Below, one piece after another: positions 15,570 to 26,184 of a stretch of 64,000 nt of DNA; within the stretch, counting starts at the first letter, position 1; every line of letters begins with the position of its first letter. The notes under the pieces are model-generated. The model ran no database searches, was not told the origin of the DNA, and was given only the letters and a program-made list of their open reading frames with translations. The stretch lies in the IMG/VR virus record IMGVR_UViG_3300021963_000022; one strand, 5' to 3'. The DNA is from a virus (lineage: Duplodnaviria > Caudoviricetes). A program made the position numbers and the translations under genes.

Positions 15570-16748
15570 ATGAAAATAATTCAAAATCAGCAAGAAATCA
15601 ACATTACATCTCATGTTAAACTGGCTGAAACACAATTAAAGGATAGTAAAATATACGTAGTTAATACGCAAAATTATATTGAACACATTGCGGCTTACAT
15701 AGCTTGGACTAAAGTGGGTGGCAACATCTTTGTTAAATCTACTCTATTACCCGAGAAGCAATCAGAAATACTAGACGAAAAGATTAGTAACTACAGTTAC
15801 GAAAACTCTATATGCTTTCATACTAGCGGAACTACGGGTGTACCTAAATTAGTAGTACACACCAAAGAACAAATGGACAGTATCGCACTTATGGCAACTA
15901 AGCATATGCGTTGGGAAGAGAACACTAGATTTTTGAATTTTTTTCCCGCGTCAACATCTGGGTTCTGGCATATTGTACTTGCCCCTGCATTATATAACAA
16001 TTCAACAATTGTATTAGGGTCACGTGAAACATTGATAGAAAACCTCAATGAGGATGTTAATTACACTATATTAGTACCATCATTAATTGATATGATTCGT
16101 ATGAACAACATGCCAGTTGATTTATCTAGGGTTAAACGAGTGGGTACAGGAGCTTCTGCTGTATCTAAAAGACATGCTGAAATATTGTTCAGTCTGGGTG
16201 CTACTGAAGTTAATCAGTTGTACGGTGCCACTGAGATAGGTTCTCCTTCATTGTACAAGAGTAGCACTTCAATAGATGACTATCCAGACTATTTAGAATT
16301 AAAGAATACAGATATTAGTGAGTTTAAATTAGTCAATAATGAACTATATGTCAAGAGTAAAACATTATGTGTGAACTATAAAGATTTTTCGTCAGACGGA
16401 GAATGGTTTAAGACAAATGATTTATGGGAACAGAAAGGAAACTTAGTCAAATTTGCTGGACGATCTAATGACATTGTGAAACTAAACGGATATCAATGCA
16501 GTTTATTATTAATTGAATCTACTATTGAGAATAATACAAACCTGGGTGAAGTCTTAGCTATCCCTAGAAATAAAATGGGCACTGATTACATTGAAGTAGC
16601 TTACACTAATAACACTATTATTAATAAACAAACACTAAATTCTATGCTAGAAACACATGTTCCTGTTTATAGCATACCAAGAAAATATACATATGTCGAA
16701 TCTTTACCCAAGACTTCACTAGGAAAAAAGATTAGAAATGTACTTTAA
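15570..16748 (+). CDS. ANL-superfamily adenylating enzyme (acyl-CoA/AMP ligase)
   Basis: FHTSGTTGVPK (A3), YGATE (A5), FKTND (A7), GRSNDIVK (A8), PKTSLGK (A10). Confidence 0.9.
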   Translation: MKIIQNQQEINITSHVKLAETQLKDSKIYVVNTQNYIEHIAAYIAWTKVGGNIFVKSTLLPEKQSEILDEKISNYSYENSICFHTSGTTGVPKLVVHTKEQMDSIALMATKHMRWEENTRFLNFFPASTSGFWHIVLAPALYNNSTIVLGSRETLIENLNEDVNYTILVPSLIDMIRMNNMPVDLSRVKRVGTGASAVSKRHAEILFSLGATEVNQLYGATEIGSPSLYKSSTSIDDYPDYLELKNTDISEFKLVNNELYVKSKTLCVNYKDFSSDGEWFKTNDLWEQKGNLVKFAGRSNDIVKLNGYQCSLLLIESTIENNTNLGEVLAIPRNKMGTDYIEVAYTNNTIINKQTLNSMLETHVPVYSIPRKYTYVESLPKTSLGKKIRNVL

Positions 16749-17319
16749 ACAAATATACAAAGATGACCCACTATTACCCGACTTCATTGTACGGTGTTCA
16801 ACATATGGATATAACAATAACTCTACACTAGATAAGATTAAGTTTGATTACTTTGAACATTCTGCATTCTTTGCAGGGATAGAAGATGACAAAATTAAAG
16901 TATTCAGCGGGGTACATAACTTTGAATATGATAACAAACAATATTGGCGTGTAGGATTTAGAGCCGTAACTCTCTATGATGACAAGTTTAAACCAAAACC
17001 ATCTAATAACTTTAGAAAAATATCATACAGCGCCGGTGTGCTTTTCACATTAGAAATGAAATGGGTAGAACATAACTACGGTACGGGTACGTTTATTATA
17101 ACCAGCAACGACAATCAAAATAAAGTTGATACCGCAGGACGTAGTCGTATGTTTGATACTATCGCTAAACGTAATAGAGTAAGTGGATGTACATTATTAT
17201 ACGATAAAATTACATACTTAAACACTGTTCAGAACGTTTGGTTGCTTGACAGAGATTTATGGTTTAGTGACTATCAAAAGTATTACGAGGGTAACATAGA
17301 TGTTAGACTATCTTTCTAA
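16738..17319 (+). CDS. Hypothetical protein, possible GNAT-like acyltransferase
   Basis: ORF coupled to the ligase; beta-rich FFAG...VFSGV...WRVGFRAV segment. Confidence 0.4.
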   Translation: MYFKQIYKDDPLLPDFIVRCSTYGYNNNSTLDKIKFDYFEHSAFFAGIEDDKIKVFSGVHNFEYDNKQYWRVGFRAVTLYDDKFKPKPSNNFRKISYSAGVLFTLEMKWVEHNYGTGTFIITSNDNQNKVDTAGRSRMFDTIAKRNRVSGCTLLYDKITYLNTVQNVWLLDRDLWFSDYQKYYEGNIDVRLSF

Positions 17320-17992
17320 TCTGATAGAGAATTACAAGTATGAGAATGTGAAACAATTTCACAATATACCACTACCATATAGTTATGATAGCAAATATAC
17401 ATGGAGTCATAATGATACAGGATATACCGTTAATAACGAATATACCAGTTGCTATATAGATAAAGCAACAGGCTTTGTATATAAACTAAGCTGTTTGTAC
17501 CGTAATGACGACTTTGATAAGCACAAACTGTTATATAGATTAACAGAGAAATACAACTATAGGATAGAAATACCACGACATTCTGAGACTGTTATAATCA
17601 ATGACAAACAATACTTATACACCGTAGTTCAACGCCCAAACAATCAGATAGGAATTGATTACCATTTAGATATAGTAAACAATAGGGTGAATAATGATTA
17701 CTTCATAGAGTTTATTGACTCAACTGTACCATTGTTTAAAGCACTGTTTGAGGTTGATAGTGTGTTTAAAACAGGATTACCCAGCGTCTTTATACTACCA
17801 ACAAAACGATTGCGTGATGATATAGGCTATTTCTACTTTGATTTTAAAAAGTGGCATCACCCTAAAAATAAATACATGTTAGATAATAGCAATAACTTAT
17901 TGTATCAGATTAATTACTGCAACAATAACGGTATCAAACTTGATACAGAGTATTTAAAACAACATATTGAAAACACATGGACGATAGAATAG
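17300..17992 (+). CDS. Hypothetical protein, possible kinase-like fold
   Basis: ORF 230 aa; VYKL and YFDF motifs are only suggestive. Confidence 0.4.
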   Translation: MLDYLSNLIENYKYENVKQFHNIPLPYSYDSKYTWSHNDTGYTVNNEYTSCYIDKATGFVYKLSCLYRNDDFDKHKLLYRLTEKYNYRIEIPRHSETVIINDKQYLYTVVQRPNNQIGIDYHLDIVNNRVNNDYFIEFIDSTVPLFKALFEVDSVFKTGLPSVFILPTKRLRDDIGYFYFDFKKWHHPKNKYMLDNSNNLLYQINYCNNNGIKLDTEYLKQHIENTWTIE

Positions 17993-18159
17993 CTACAGTA
18001 CACGTGTACAAAGATACTGAGTTACTATTAACTACTCAAATATTCGGACAATGGTTAAATCTAATAACTGATGTGTACTTAGATTGGGAAGACAGTCCCT
18101 ACAATCTAGTTATTGAATACGACAGTAAAACACTTAAGGTAAACAATGCAGGTAGTTGA
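17977..18159 (+). CDS. Small hypothetical protein
   Basis: Overlap-coupled ORF within the operon. Confidence 0.5.
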   Translation: MDDRIATVHVYKDTELLLTTQIFGQWLNLITDVYLDWEDSPYNLVIEYDSKTLKVNNAGS

Positions 18160-18583
18160 TATTATATACGATAAATCTAACTTGAATTTAGGGTTAGACC
18201 ATATACAACATAACACTACCCCTGTATCATATAGCAACGGTGATCTATTAGAATATAATGTTAGTAAAAATCGTTTTGAAACTAACATTGACTATAAGTA
18301 TTCCTGCTATGGTGTTACACAAAGTGACACACTACCTATGCATACAGACGAAGGACGCAATAGTACAATCATTTTACCTATAGATACGGACAATACAACA
18401 CTATTATATGGTAACAATTCGGTAATTATTGACAAACCATTTGTATTAGATACGTCAATATTGCATGGGATCAATGGAATAAAGGGCTTTAGTTTTCTAG
18501 CATTAGACTTTGAATTAGTGTATAATGATGTAGTAGAGTACCTAAAAGATAAAACAAACTTATATATTAAATATGTCGGATAA
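18146..18583 (+). CDS. 2OG-Fe(II)/cupin-like oxygenase
   Basis: LPMHTD (HxD) ... FVLDTSILHGI (distal His). Confidence 0.6.
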   Translation: MQVVDIIYDKSNLNLGLDHIQHNTTPVSYSNGDLLEYNVSKNRFETNIDYKYSCYGVTQSDTLPMHTDEGRNSTIILPIDTDNTTLLYGNNSVIIDKPFVLDTSILHGINGIKGFSFLALDFELVYNDVVEYLKDKTNLYIKYVG

Positions 18584-19841
18584 AAGTAAAACATTCTGTA
18601 TGCACCCATTTACAGGTTTAGCTACAAGAGAAGACGGGGCAATTAAGATATGCTGTCGCAGTCTGCCTATCGGATGGATTCAAAACGAATCATTAGAATC
18701 CGCATGGAACAATGATAAGATGCTTAGTGTACGTAAGCAAATACTAAATGACGAACGCCCTGACGTATGTACACCCTGCTTTGACTTAGAAGATCAGGGT
18801 GTTGAAAGCTTGCGACAACGACATATACAACCCAGACTCCCTGAGAGCAGAATTGTATTGTATCCAAATCAATTAAATCAATTAAATGATGACTATTCAA
18901 TGCCCTTTGAATTCCCTACAATGGAGATTAAACTAAACAATCTGTGCAATTTACGCTGTAGAATGTGTAACCCACTAGATAGTACAAGCTGGCAAGACTG
19001 GAATAGTATCGTTGAATTCTATAAGAAAGAAAACAATTACTTAGTTCCTACGGTAGAGAAGTTAGTGGATAAGCCCGGACAATATATAGGTCCGTTTGAT
19101 GATAGTGACAATTGGTGGAATAGCTTTGAGAAACTAATCCCACACTTTAAACGTGTAGAGTTTGCTGGTGGTGAACCCTTAATGGATCCTCAACACTATA
19201 AGATACTAGATATGCTTAAGCCCTACGCTAAGAATATTGAAATCAAATATGCTACAAACGGTACAACATTGGGTATTAGTAAGAATAGAACAATCTTTGA
19301 CTACTGGCCTCACTTCCGTAGTGTTGCGGTTAACGTATCTATAGACGGAATACATGATGTATATGAACATATTAGAGGTAACGGTGACTTTAGTGAAGTT
19401 GTTAGAAATGTACAAGAGATTAAAAAATTACCTAATATCAGTAGAATCGTGGGGGCATTTACTGCACAAGCGGGCAATATGTTACAAATGGCTGATTGTA
19501 TCAGATATTTCTTAGATGACTTAGGTATATACTTCTACAGTCATCGTGTTAGCTATCCTAAACTACTATCTGCACAAGTATTACCCCAACCATTAAAAGA
19601 CTTATGTATTGAACGATTAACTAATTTGTATAATAATATTGATACAATTAAGAACATTGACTTTAGTGCATACAGTCGTGGCATTACATTACAGCAAATC
19701 AATGACAATATCAACTACTTAAAAGCTGTTGACCAAAACAATTTGTGGAGTGATTACATAGAGTTTAATCGTAGATTAGATGACAGTAGAAAGTGCAAAA
19801 CACTATTAGAAGTTGTACCGGAGTTTAAACCATATGTATAA
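18573..19841 (+). CDS. Radical SAM protein with N-terminal twitch domain
   Basis: N-terminal FCMHPF...DG.IKICC...WN...C..C; CNLRCRMC; FAGGEP; ATNG; SIDG. Confidence 0.9.
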   Translation: MSDKSKTFCMHPFTGLATREDGAIKICCRSLPIGWIQNESLESAWNNDKMLSVRKQILNDERPDVCTPCFDLEDQGVESLRQRHIQPRLPESRIVLYPNQLNQLNDDYSMPFEFPTMEIKLNNLCNLRCRMCNPLDSTSWQDWNSIVEFYKKENNYLVPTVEKLVDKPGQYIGPFDDSDNWWNSFEKLIPHFKRVEFAGGEPLMDPQHYKILDMLKPYAKNIEIKYATNGTTLGISKNRTIFDYWPHFRSVAVNVSIDGIHDVYEHIRGNGDFSEVVRNVQEIKKLPNISRIVGAFTAQAGNMLQMADCIRYFLDDLGIYFYSHRVSYPKLLSAQVLPQPLKDLCIERLTNLYNNIDTIKNIDFSAYSRGITLQQINDNINYLKAVDQNNLWSDYIEFNRRLDDSRKCKTLLEVVPEFKPYV

Positions 19842-20742
19842 GGTACAGGGTATTTGGGGACACGAAAATAGCGTTAAGATTGAATGGAATTTAGGTAAAC
19901 GCTGTAACTACGATTGTAGCTATTGCCCAAGCATTATACACGATAACACCAGCCCACACACTGATATTGAACTATTAAAGAGTACGGTAGATAAACTGTT
20001 GTCTATCAATAAGCCATTACGTATTAGCTTTACTGGTGGTGAACCTACTGTACATCCTAAGTTTGAAGAATTAATAGAGTACTGTAATAGTAAAGATGTA
20101 AAGTTTATTAGTGTTACTACTAATGCTACACGGAAACCTTTGTACTATAAGCAATTAAAACTTAACCAATTAGTGTTTAGTTTGCACTTTGAATATGAAT
20201 GGGAACGTTGTTTAGACACTATTATCAAAACAATAGCCAGTGACAGTGATGAGAAAGACTATCAGAAACACTGTTTAGTACATGTCATGGCGCACCATAA
20301 CTATATGGCTCAAGTTAAAGAAACCGTAGAAAGATTAGATTTCTACCATATTCCATATAATATACGTAGAGTTCGTTGGAGTGATAATATAGACCATGAT
20401 ATCTTTGACGATTTACGCTATGACCAAAAAGACTTAGATTGGATATTAAAAAAAGCTAGCACAGTTATGCCCAATGTAAGAATAGATAATAGCAAGACCT
20501 ATCATGCTAATGATGTGATTAAATTGCATCTAAACAAGTATAAGGGTTGGACTTGCAATGCGGGACTTGAGAGTTTAATGATTAATTGGGACGGTGAGGT
20601 ACATCGTGCTACATGCCGTGTTGGTGGAAGCTTGGGTAATATCTACTCTAGTGATTTTACTCTTCCCGTAGAGCCAATTGTATGTGATAGAAACTTCTGT
20701 ACTTGCGCCGCAGATATACCATTAACGAAAGAATTATTATGA
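19834..20742 (+). CDS. Radical SAM protein (paralog of 12232-13209)
   Basis: WNLGKRCNYDCSYC, TGGEPT, TTN; WTCNAG...CRVG...C....C.C. Confidence 0.9.
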   Translation: MYKVQGIWGHENSVKIEWNLGKRCNYDCSYCPSIIHDNTSPHTDIELLKSTVDKLLSINKPLRISFTGGEPTVHPKFEELIEYCNSKDVKFISVTTNATRKPLYYKQLKLNQLVFSLHFEYEWERCLDTIIKTIASDSDEKDYQKHCLVHVMAHHNYMAQVKETVERLDFYHIPYNIRRVRWSDNIDHDIFDDLRYDQKDLDWILKKASTVMPNVRIDNSKTYHANDVIKLHLNKYKGWTCNAGLESLMINWDGEVHRATCRVGGSLGNIYSSDFTLPVEPIVCDRNFCTCAADIPLTKELL

Positions 20743-21320
20743 GATTAGTAACATTTGGATGTAGCTTAACATATGGTGACAGCTTACCTGACAATAAATC
20801 AGCATGGCCCTATTTAACTAGTAAACATCTTAATATTCCCTGTGATAATCAAGGACAACGTGGCGTTAGCAATCATAAAATATTGTACAATATTCTGAAC
20901 TATAAGTTTAACCCAGACGATATTGTAGTAATCATGTGGACGTATGTTACTAGAGAGATGCGTTTACAAATTGATGGTACTAGCGAATTGTTTGGACCAT
21001 GGGATAAGGGTGGCATTGAAAGACCGTGGGTTGAATTCGCAGAACCCTATGATTATAGCGTTAAAACACTAATCAATATACATCATGCTAAACTACACCT
21101 AAACTCACTAAACATGAAACATATACACTTTAAAGCTGATAACAGCACAGAGTTACCTTTAGCAATGGATAAGTGTACGTTTATCAACAATGTTTTTGAC
21201 TTCGATGTGAGTAAGGTTGACCCAGTAGACTATGGATTAGATAATAGTCATCCGGGCCCCAAAACGCATGAACTGTTTTCTCTTACAGTAAGTGACTTAA
21301 TTCGGGAAAAGTTTCTTTAA
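20739..21320 (+). CDS. SGNH/GDSL-like protein
   Basis: TFGCSLTYG block I, G.SN block II, D.SHP block V. Confidence 0.65.
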   Translation: MRLVTFGCSLTYGDSLPDNKSAWPYLTSKHLNIPCDNQGQRGVSNHKILYNILNYKFNPDDIVVIMWTYVTREMRLQIDGTSELFGPWDKGGIERPWVEFAEPYDYSVKTLINIHHAKLHLNSLNMKHIHFKADNSTELPLAMDKCTFINNVFDFDVSKVDPVDYGLDNSHPGPKTHELFSLTVSDLIREKFL

Positions 21321-22689
21321 GGTTAAGCTTACGCTGACTATCAATGTGACTTATATATTCACTGAACGCGGGCAATAGATGGGTATCATCACTGCCGTCC
21401 ATAAACTTTAATACAGCTTCATATCGTTTCCAACCATATGGATTCTTATGCCAGAACTCATCTGATTGTGTATAATTATTCCATAGCCAGTCTTTCAACT
21501 CACTAAACAATTGATGTACTTCTTGCTTATCTACTTCAGGTAACACACGTAAGCTAAGATATGTAGGAATATACAGTAGATGAAAGTTAATTAATCCGCC
21601 ACCGTACTGAGTATTTCCTGGACCATATCCTAAATTAACCTTTCTAAACTTACTATTGACTTTCCATTTAATAAATTCAGGTAAATGTTTAATGTTTAAT
21701 ACTTGTATAGCGGTAGCAATACTTACTTCAATGTTGTCCGGTGTATTGTCTAACTTATGTAAGTTCTTTTCAACTGTAGCCCAGTCACTAGGATAACGTA
21801 TATAGTAGTTACGTTGGTCAGTACCATCTAAACTAAAGCCAAACTTTACTTTCTTAAAGTGTTTCCATAAGTCTATAATATCATCATCTACTAATAGTCC
21901 ATTGCTATTGTATCTTAATAGTATACGATCCTGGTATCCCTGTCTAATGATTTCTTCAATAAACATCTTATGTTCTTTAATCATTAATGGCTCGCCACCG
22001 GCAAAATATACTTGTTTTAAGTTAGGTATTTGCTTGTACATTTCAGCCCAAAAATCTGGGTTCTCATGCCAATAATTATTAAATGATTGCTCATCCCAAC
22101 CCATTTGCCGTTTTAATTCATCATTCTTATATAGATTGATAACCTTCTTATACTCTGTAACCCACTTACTACTATCATGTGGGCTACACATAACGCATTT
22201 TAATTGACAAGTATGTCCTAATCGTAAGTCTAAGTACACTAATTCTTCGGGGATGGTTCCGTCTTCTTGTGTTTGTTTAATTAGTTCTTCTACATCTATA
22301 TCTTCTTGCATCCACGTGTATGTTTCCCATAACCTTTTACTACTAACACCTTGTGATTCTTCATTAAAGCATTTAGTACAGCTTTTAGGTATCTTACCAT
22401 CAAGCATCGTAGTTCTAACACTACGCATGTATTCATTATTCCAAGCACTCATGGGTGTTTCACGACCGAAGTTAGCTGGCTGTCCACTCTCATTCTTAAC
22501 TAATCCTATAGTATGGTCACCACCTGCGCCACTAGCATTACTACTACAGCATAGACGCATATCACCGTTAGGACGTGTAGCAAAGTGTATCCAGGGTAAT
22601 ACACAGAATGTATCTACTTTTGCTTGATTTTTAATCTGTTGTTGAAAGTTTCCAACTGGGGAATCTTCTGGTTGAATCCAATATGTCAT
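21283..22689 (-). CDS. Radical SAM protein with N-terminal twitch domain
   Basis: FCVLPW...GDMRLCC...WN...C..C; CQLKCVMC; FAGGEP; NSNG; SLDG. Confidence 0.9.
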   Translation of the reverse strand: MTYWIQPEDSPVGNFQQQIKNQAKVDTFCVLPWIHFATRPNGDMRLCCSSNASGAGGDHTIGLVKNESGQPANFGRETPMSAWNNEYMRSVRTTMLDGKIPKSCTKCFNEESQGVSSKRLWETYTWMQEDIDVEELIKQTQEDGTIPEELVYLDLRLGHTCQLKCVMCSPHDSSKWVTEYKKVINLYKNDELKRQMGWDEQSFNNYWHENPDFWAEMYKQIPNLKQVYFAGGEPLMIKEHKMFIEEIIRQGYQDRILLRYNSNGLLVDDDIIDLWKHFKKVKFGFSLDGTDQRNYYIRYPSDWATVEKNLHKLDNTPDNIEVSIATAIQVLNIKHLPEFIKWKVNSKFRKVNLGYGPGNTQYGGGLINFHLLYIPTYLSLRVLPEVDKQEVHQLFSELKDWLWNNYTQSDEFWHKNPYGWKRYEAVLKFMDGSDDTHLLPAFSEYISHIDSQRKLNLKETFPELSHLL

Positions 22690-23285
22690 TAATATAGTCC
22701 TGGTAATATTGTGCCGATACCATCATTGATTCTATGATTACCCGGCTGTTTGTATTGTACACTAAGTTCTTTAATATAAGGTTTGTCAATCATAAACTTA
22801 ACATTCTTTATAACATCATCTAATGCTAATGTATTTAAGTGTTCGTAATGCTTATGTATATCAACGCTAATCTCTTGTAAATGCCCTAAATTAATCATAT
22901 AACTGTCTAGGTAATTGTTATGGAACATACGTGCAAACGCTATTTTTCTATGTGTAAACTTTAAACTAGCTTTCTCTACATCATAACTACTGTAGGGATT
23001 GTTCAATAATAACGTATTAACATAGCTTCCTATATTAATAACCTTGTGCTGTATCTTATTATGATAGCAATGTTTATCTAAATTAGCTAACAGTTTCACT
23101 TGTCCAAACTGCATGGCCCTAGTGAAGTTAATTGTATAATCATAGTTTGGTGTATCTAGTAAGAAATTAGTTATATCGCCGTGTAGGTCAAACCCATTGC
23201 GTCTACTGTAATAAGTTAAATCAAATAGTGTACTAAATCGTTGTCCTAACGGATGTGATTCGTCACACGTTATTCTAGCTTTCAT
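22689..23285 (-). CDS. Degenerate SDR-like protein
   Basis: KVINIGS...YDVEK (YxxxK) motif; no clear Gly-rich loop. Confidence 0.45.
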   Translation of the reverse strand: MKARITCDESHPLGQRFSTLFDLTYYSRRNGFDLHGDITNFLLDTPNYDYTINFTRAMQFGQVKLLANLDKHCYHNKIQHKVINIGSYVNTLLLNNPYSSYDVEKASLKFTHRKIAFARMFHNNYLDSYMINLGHLQEISVDIHKHYEHLNTLALDDVIKNVKFMIDKPYIKELSVQYKQPGNHRINDGIGTILPGLY

Positions 23286-24156
23286 AATATATCCTTGTGT
23301 ATGGTAATAGTGTTATGTTCTTTGTTATACATAGTTCATCTATTAATATGTAGCGTTCTTTACTGTAATCATTTAATGATGTGATATAATGATATACATT
23401 GCTGATCCAGAGTGTTGAGCCGTTTGGAATAACATCTAATAAACGTTTTATATCTTTTGTATTCCGCATATCAATTAGCTCGAATCCAACATTAATTGTT
23501 CTAAGATAATCATAGTACGTGTTTAGTTTAATAAAGTCAATACCATTAATATCGTCTATTGTAGCAGGATTAAACCCTGTTGTCAATAGTCCTAGATACT
23601 TGACATATGTGTCATATCGGTTGTTTGAATGTAATAACTCTTGTTGGAAGCTTAAGCTATCATTACTGTAGTCATAATAGATAACACTTTCCAGCATGTT
23701 TTCATATGCTAATTGTGCTAAATGTGACCCACTACTAAGTCCTGCAAGTGCCACAGTATCGGTAATGATGGGCAATGGTTCTGTGTTTATAGCGTACACT
23801 TTCCTATCATTCTCGTATGTGTTAATGATATCCGTAATAATATTACGGTCTGTTGTATTATAGAGGTCGTATACGTTATCAGTGAATGTTGTTATAACTG
23901 TATTATCGGTTGATTTTTTTAATACAAGTTTACCATTCTTATATACTTCCACGTTGGGTAGTTTACGTATCTTATTGTTTAAGTCTGGGTGACAAATTAT
24001 ACCCTCATCTATCAGATAATAGGGTTTAGTATATGTCCCAATATTGGGCTTAACTGTGTTAATTTTGTCGTTCTGTAACAATATACCATAATGCACTAGG
24101 CTTTGGGCAGTGTATATGTTTTGTTTATTGTTTAAATATAGATGGTAATCTAGCAT
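23275..24156 (-). CDS. Hypothetical protein
   Basis: Long ORF; start set at ATG 24156, 8 nt below CTAAATA. Confidence 0.6.
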   Translation of the reverse strand: MLDYHLYLNNKQNIYTAQSLVHYGILLQNDKINTVKPNIGTYTKPYYLIDEGIICHPDLNNKIRKLPNVEVYKNGKLVLKKSTDNTVITTFTDNVYDLYNTTDRNIITDIINTYENDRKVYAINTEPLPIITDTVALAGLSSGSHLAQLAYENMLESVIYYDYSNDSLSFQQELLHSNNRYDTYVKYLGLLTTGFNPATIDDINGIDFIKLNTYYDYLRTINVGFELIDMRNTKDIKRLLDVIPNGSTLWISNVYHYITSLNDYSKERYILIDELCITKNITLLPYTRIYYES

Positions 24157-24189
24157 GAGATAAATATTTAGTTCATAAATAAGCACCCA

Positions 24190-25044
24190 ATGCAAAAGTA
24201 TACACCAACTGAGAATGCATTAGTCCCATACGTATTCCCCGAAATATCTGAGTTATTTAAAAATAACATAGAGTTACCTCATTGGGATACCCGCCATGAC
24301 ATATTAAACAACTACCGTACTGAATGTCTTAATTGGTTGCAAAATGGTAATAGTACTATAATCCGTGGCTTAGAACGTTTCAAGTATGTTTATGTATTAT
24401 ATGGTGGCAGTCAGTATATTGATGATTTAGTTAAGTTTGAAGACCGTCACATAGAATTACATAAGCATGAATATGTAGCATATAGAACACTATTAGACTT
24501 ACATAATATGAAATTTACCCAGCATGATTCATTTGATACTATGGGTAAGGATTCAGATAAGTTAGTGATAGTTAGTTATCCGTTCAGTTTAAACGGGAAC
24601 AGGGATGTTGATATAGAGAAACTATTAACTGAATCTACTAGTAAAATCACACTGGACAGCGTATTCTTAGGTACTAATATGTTCCCTATTACATTAGACT
24701 TTAATAAATTATCTAACGTTGAAAGTTTTGTATTCAGTTTTAGTAAAGGGTTTGGATTAAGATATTCTAGGATTGGGATTATGTTTACAGATAAATTCAT
24801 TCCGGAGTATGACATATATCATAAGTATGCTTATTTAAATCTATATTCTTGCCAGATTGCACGTGAGTTAATGAGTAAATACAATATAGATTACTTTACA
24901 GAGAAGTATAAATCTGTGCAGGAAGAAGCCTGCAAATTATTAAACGTGGCTACATCAGATTGTTTACATTTGGGTATTGATACTAATACAGACTATCCTG
25001 ATAAGAAAGTTAGAATCACACATTTATTTGACAAATTATGCTAA
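24190..25044 (+). CDS. PLP-dependent (fold I) aminotransferase-like protein
   Basis: TLDSVF (PLP Asp) and FSFSKGFGL..RIG (Schiff-base Lys) motifs. Confidence 0.7.
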   Translation: MQKYTPTENALVPYVFPEISELFKNNIELPHWDTRHDILNNYRTECLNWLQNGNSTIIRGLERFKYVYVLYGGSQYIDDLVKFEDRHIELHKHEYVAYRTLLDLHNMKFTQHDSFDTMGKDSDKLVIVSYPFSLNGNRDVDIEKLLTESTSKITLDSVFLGTNMFPITLDFNKLSNVESFVFSFSKGFGLRYSRIGIMFTDKFIPEYDIYHKYAYLNLYSCQIARELMSKYNIDYFTEKYKSVQEEACKLLNVATSDCLHLGIDTNTDYPDKKVRITHLFDKLC

Positions 25045-25526
25045 TAGAAAAGACAGATATCAGAATAGACCTAGAGGGTTTACGCAAACATTATTTAAAT
25101 AATGTACAGAACTGGCCCCAACATAAGAGTAGAATATGTTTGAATAACCATGATGACTCAGAGGATTACGTACTAAATGCAGGGCAACGATTGATTTATA
25201 CTGAGTTCAAGTATATGAATAGTATATTCAAAGATACTATATGGGAAGACACATTAAAGATTATTCCAGGGAAGATTGGACGTGCTAGAATAATGAATAT
25301 GGGCCCAGCTAAGTTATTAACAATGCATAGAGATACTGAAGCACGGTGGCATATTGCGTTATTTACTGATCCTAGCTGTGTTGCATATGATTTAGAAACT
25401 AATCAAGCATTCCATATACCAAGTGACGGATACTTATATAAATTGAATGCAAGAAGATTACATACTGTGTTTAACAGTAGTAACAATGTAACCCGTACTC
25501 ATTTAGTAGTGTGTGAATATGTATAA
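25038..25526 (+). CDS. 2OG-Fe(II) oxygenase (Asp/Asn-hydroxylase-like)
   Basis: RARIM...TMHRD...WHIAL...LHTVFN...RTHLV. Confidence 0.7.
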   Translation: MLIEKTDIRIDLEGLRKHYLNNVQNWPQHKSRICLNNHDDSEDYVLNAGQRLIYTEFKYMNSIFKDTIWEDTLKIIPGKIGRARIMNMGPAKLLTMHRDTEARWHIALFTDPSCVAYDLETNQAFHIPSDGYLYKLNARRLHTVFNSSNNVTRTHLVVCEYV

Positions 25527-25803
25527 GAACTATTTTAAAATACATATTGGGGACAAAGAATTATTCAAAGATATATTGCCCAATACATCTTGGCAAGAGA
25601 AAGACATATTAGGTAAACTAATGGCTGACTATATCCCGTTAAGATTACATGAAATGATACCCGTTAGTGAGTATTATGAATGTAGATGGGATAGTATTGA
25701 TAGTTACAATGAAGTTATCAATACTATTGAGTATAGTCAGATAATAAACAAGCTATTAGAGTATTCAGCTAACGTTGAGTGGTTTGAGTTTCTGCCAAGC
25801 TAA
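25513..25803 (+). CDS. Hypothetical protein
   Basis: Overlap-coupled ORF. Confidence 0.5.
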   Translation: MNMYKNYFKIHIGDKELFKDILPNTSWQEKDILGKLMADYIPLRLHEMIPVSEYYECRWDSIDSYNEVINTIEYSQIINKLLEYSANVEWFEFLPS

Positions 25804-26184
25804 GTTTTCTACACTATTATCTCTTATTTCATAGTTTTCTAATGTGGGGTAGAGCCAAATATTATCTACTAGATTGTTCTTATCAAATGTATTGATAATA
25901 TCTGCTACTTTAACAGGATCTATTTGTTTATGCATATACAGATAGATTGTAGTATAAACCTTTAAGCTATCAGTAAATCCGCTTTCAATCATTTTAGATA
26001 GTCCTATACCAGTATTAGTAGTATATCCCTCTAGACTCTCAATGGGCATTAACATGATAACTTTATTGCCTATAATGTCTTTAGTGTAGTCATCACCGAT
26101 GTTACTGACAATTGTATAATCTATTTCATTTAGATTATTGCGTACAATGTTATTGTACTCACAGTTGTTGCCGATAAAGTTCAT
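25765..26184 (-). CDS. Hypothetical protein
   Basis: ORF; probable start MNFIGNN. Confidence 0.5.
   Translation of the reverse strand: MNFIGNNCEYNNIVRNNLNEIDYTIVSNIGDDYTKDIIGNKVIMLMPIESLEGYTTNTGIGLSKMIESGFTDSLKVYTTIYLYMHKQIDPVKVADIINTFDKNNLVDNIWLYPTLENYEIRDNSVENLAWQKLKPLNVS

Noticed and set aside
17977-18159. Small ORF as acyl carrier protein or RiPP precursor for the ligase/rSAM cluster
   Set aside because: No phosphopantetheine (D/G)SL motif and no Cys/Ser-rich core or leader pattern
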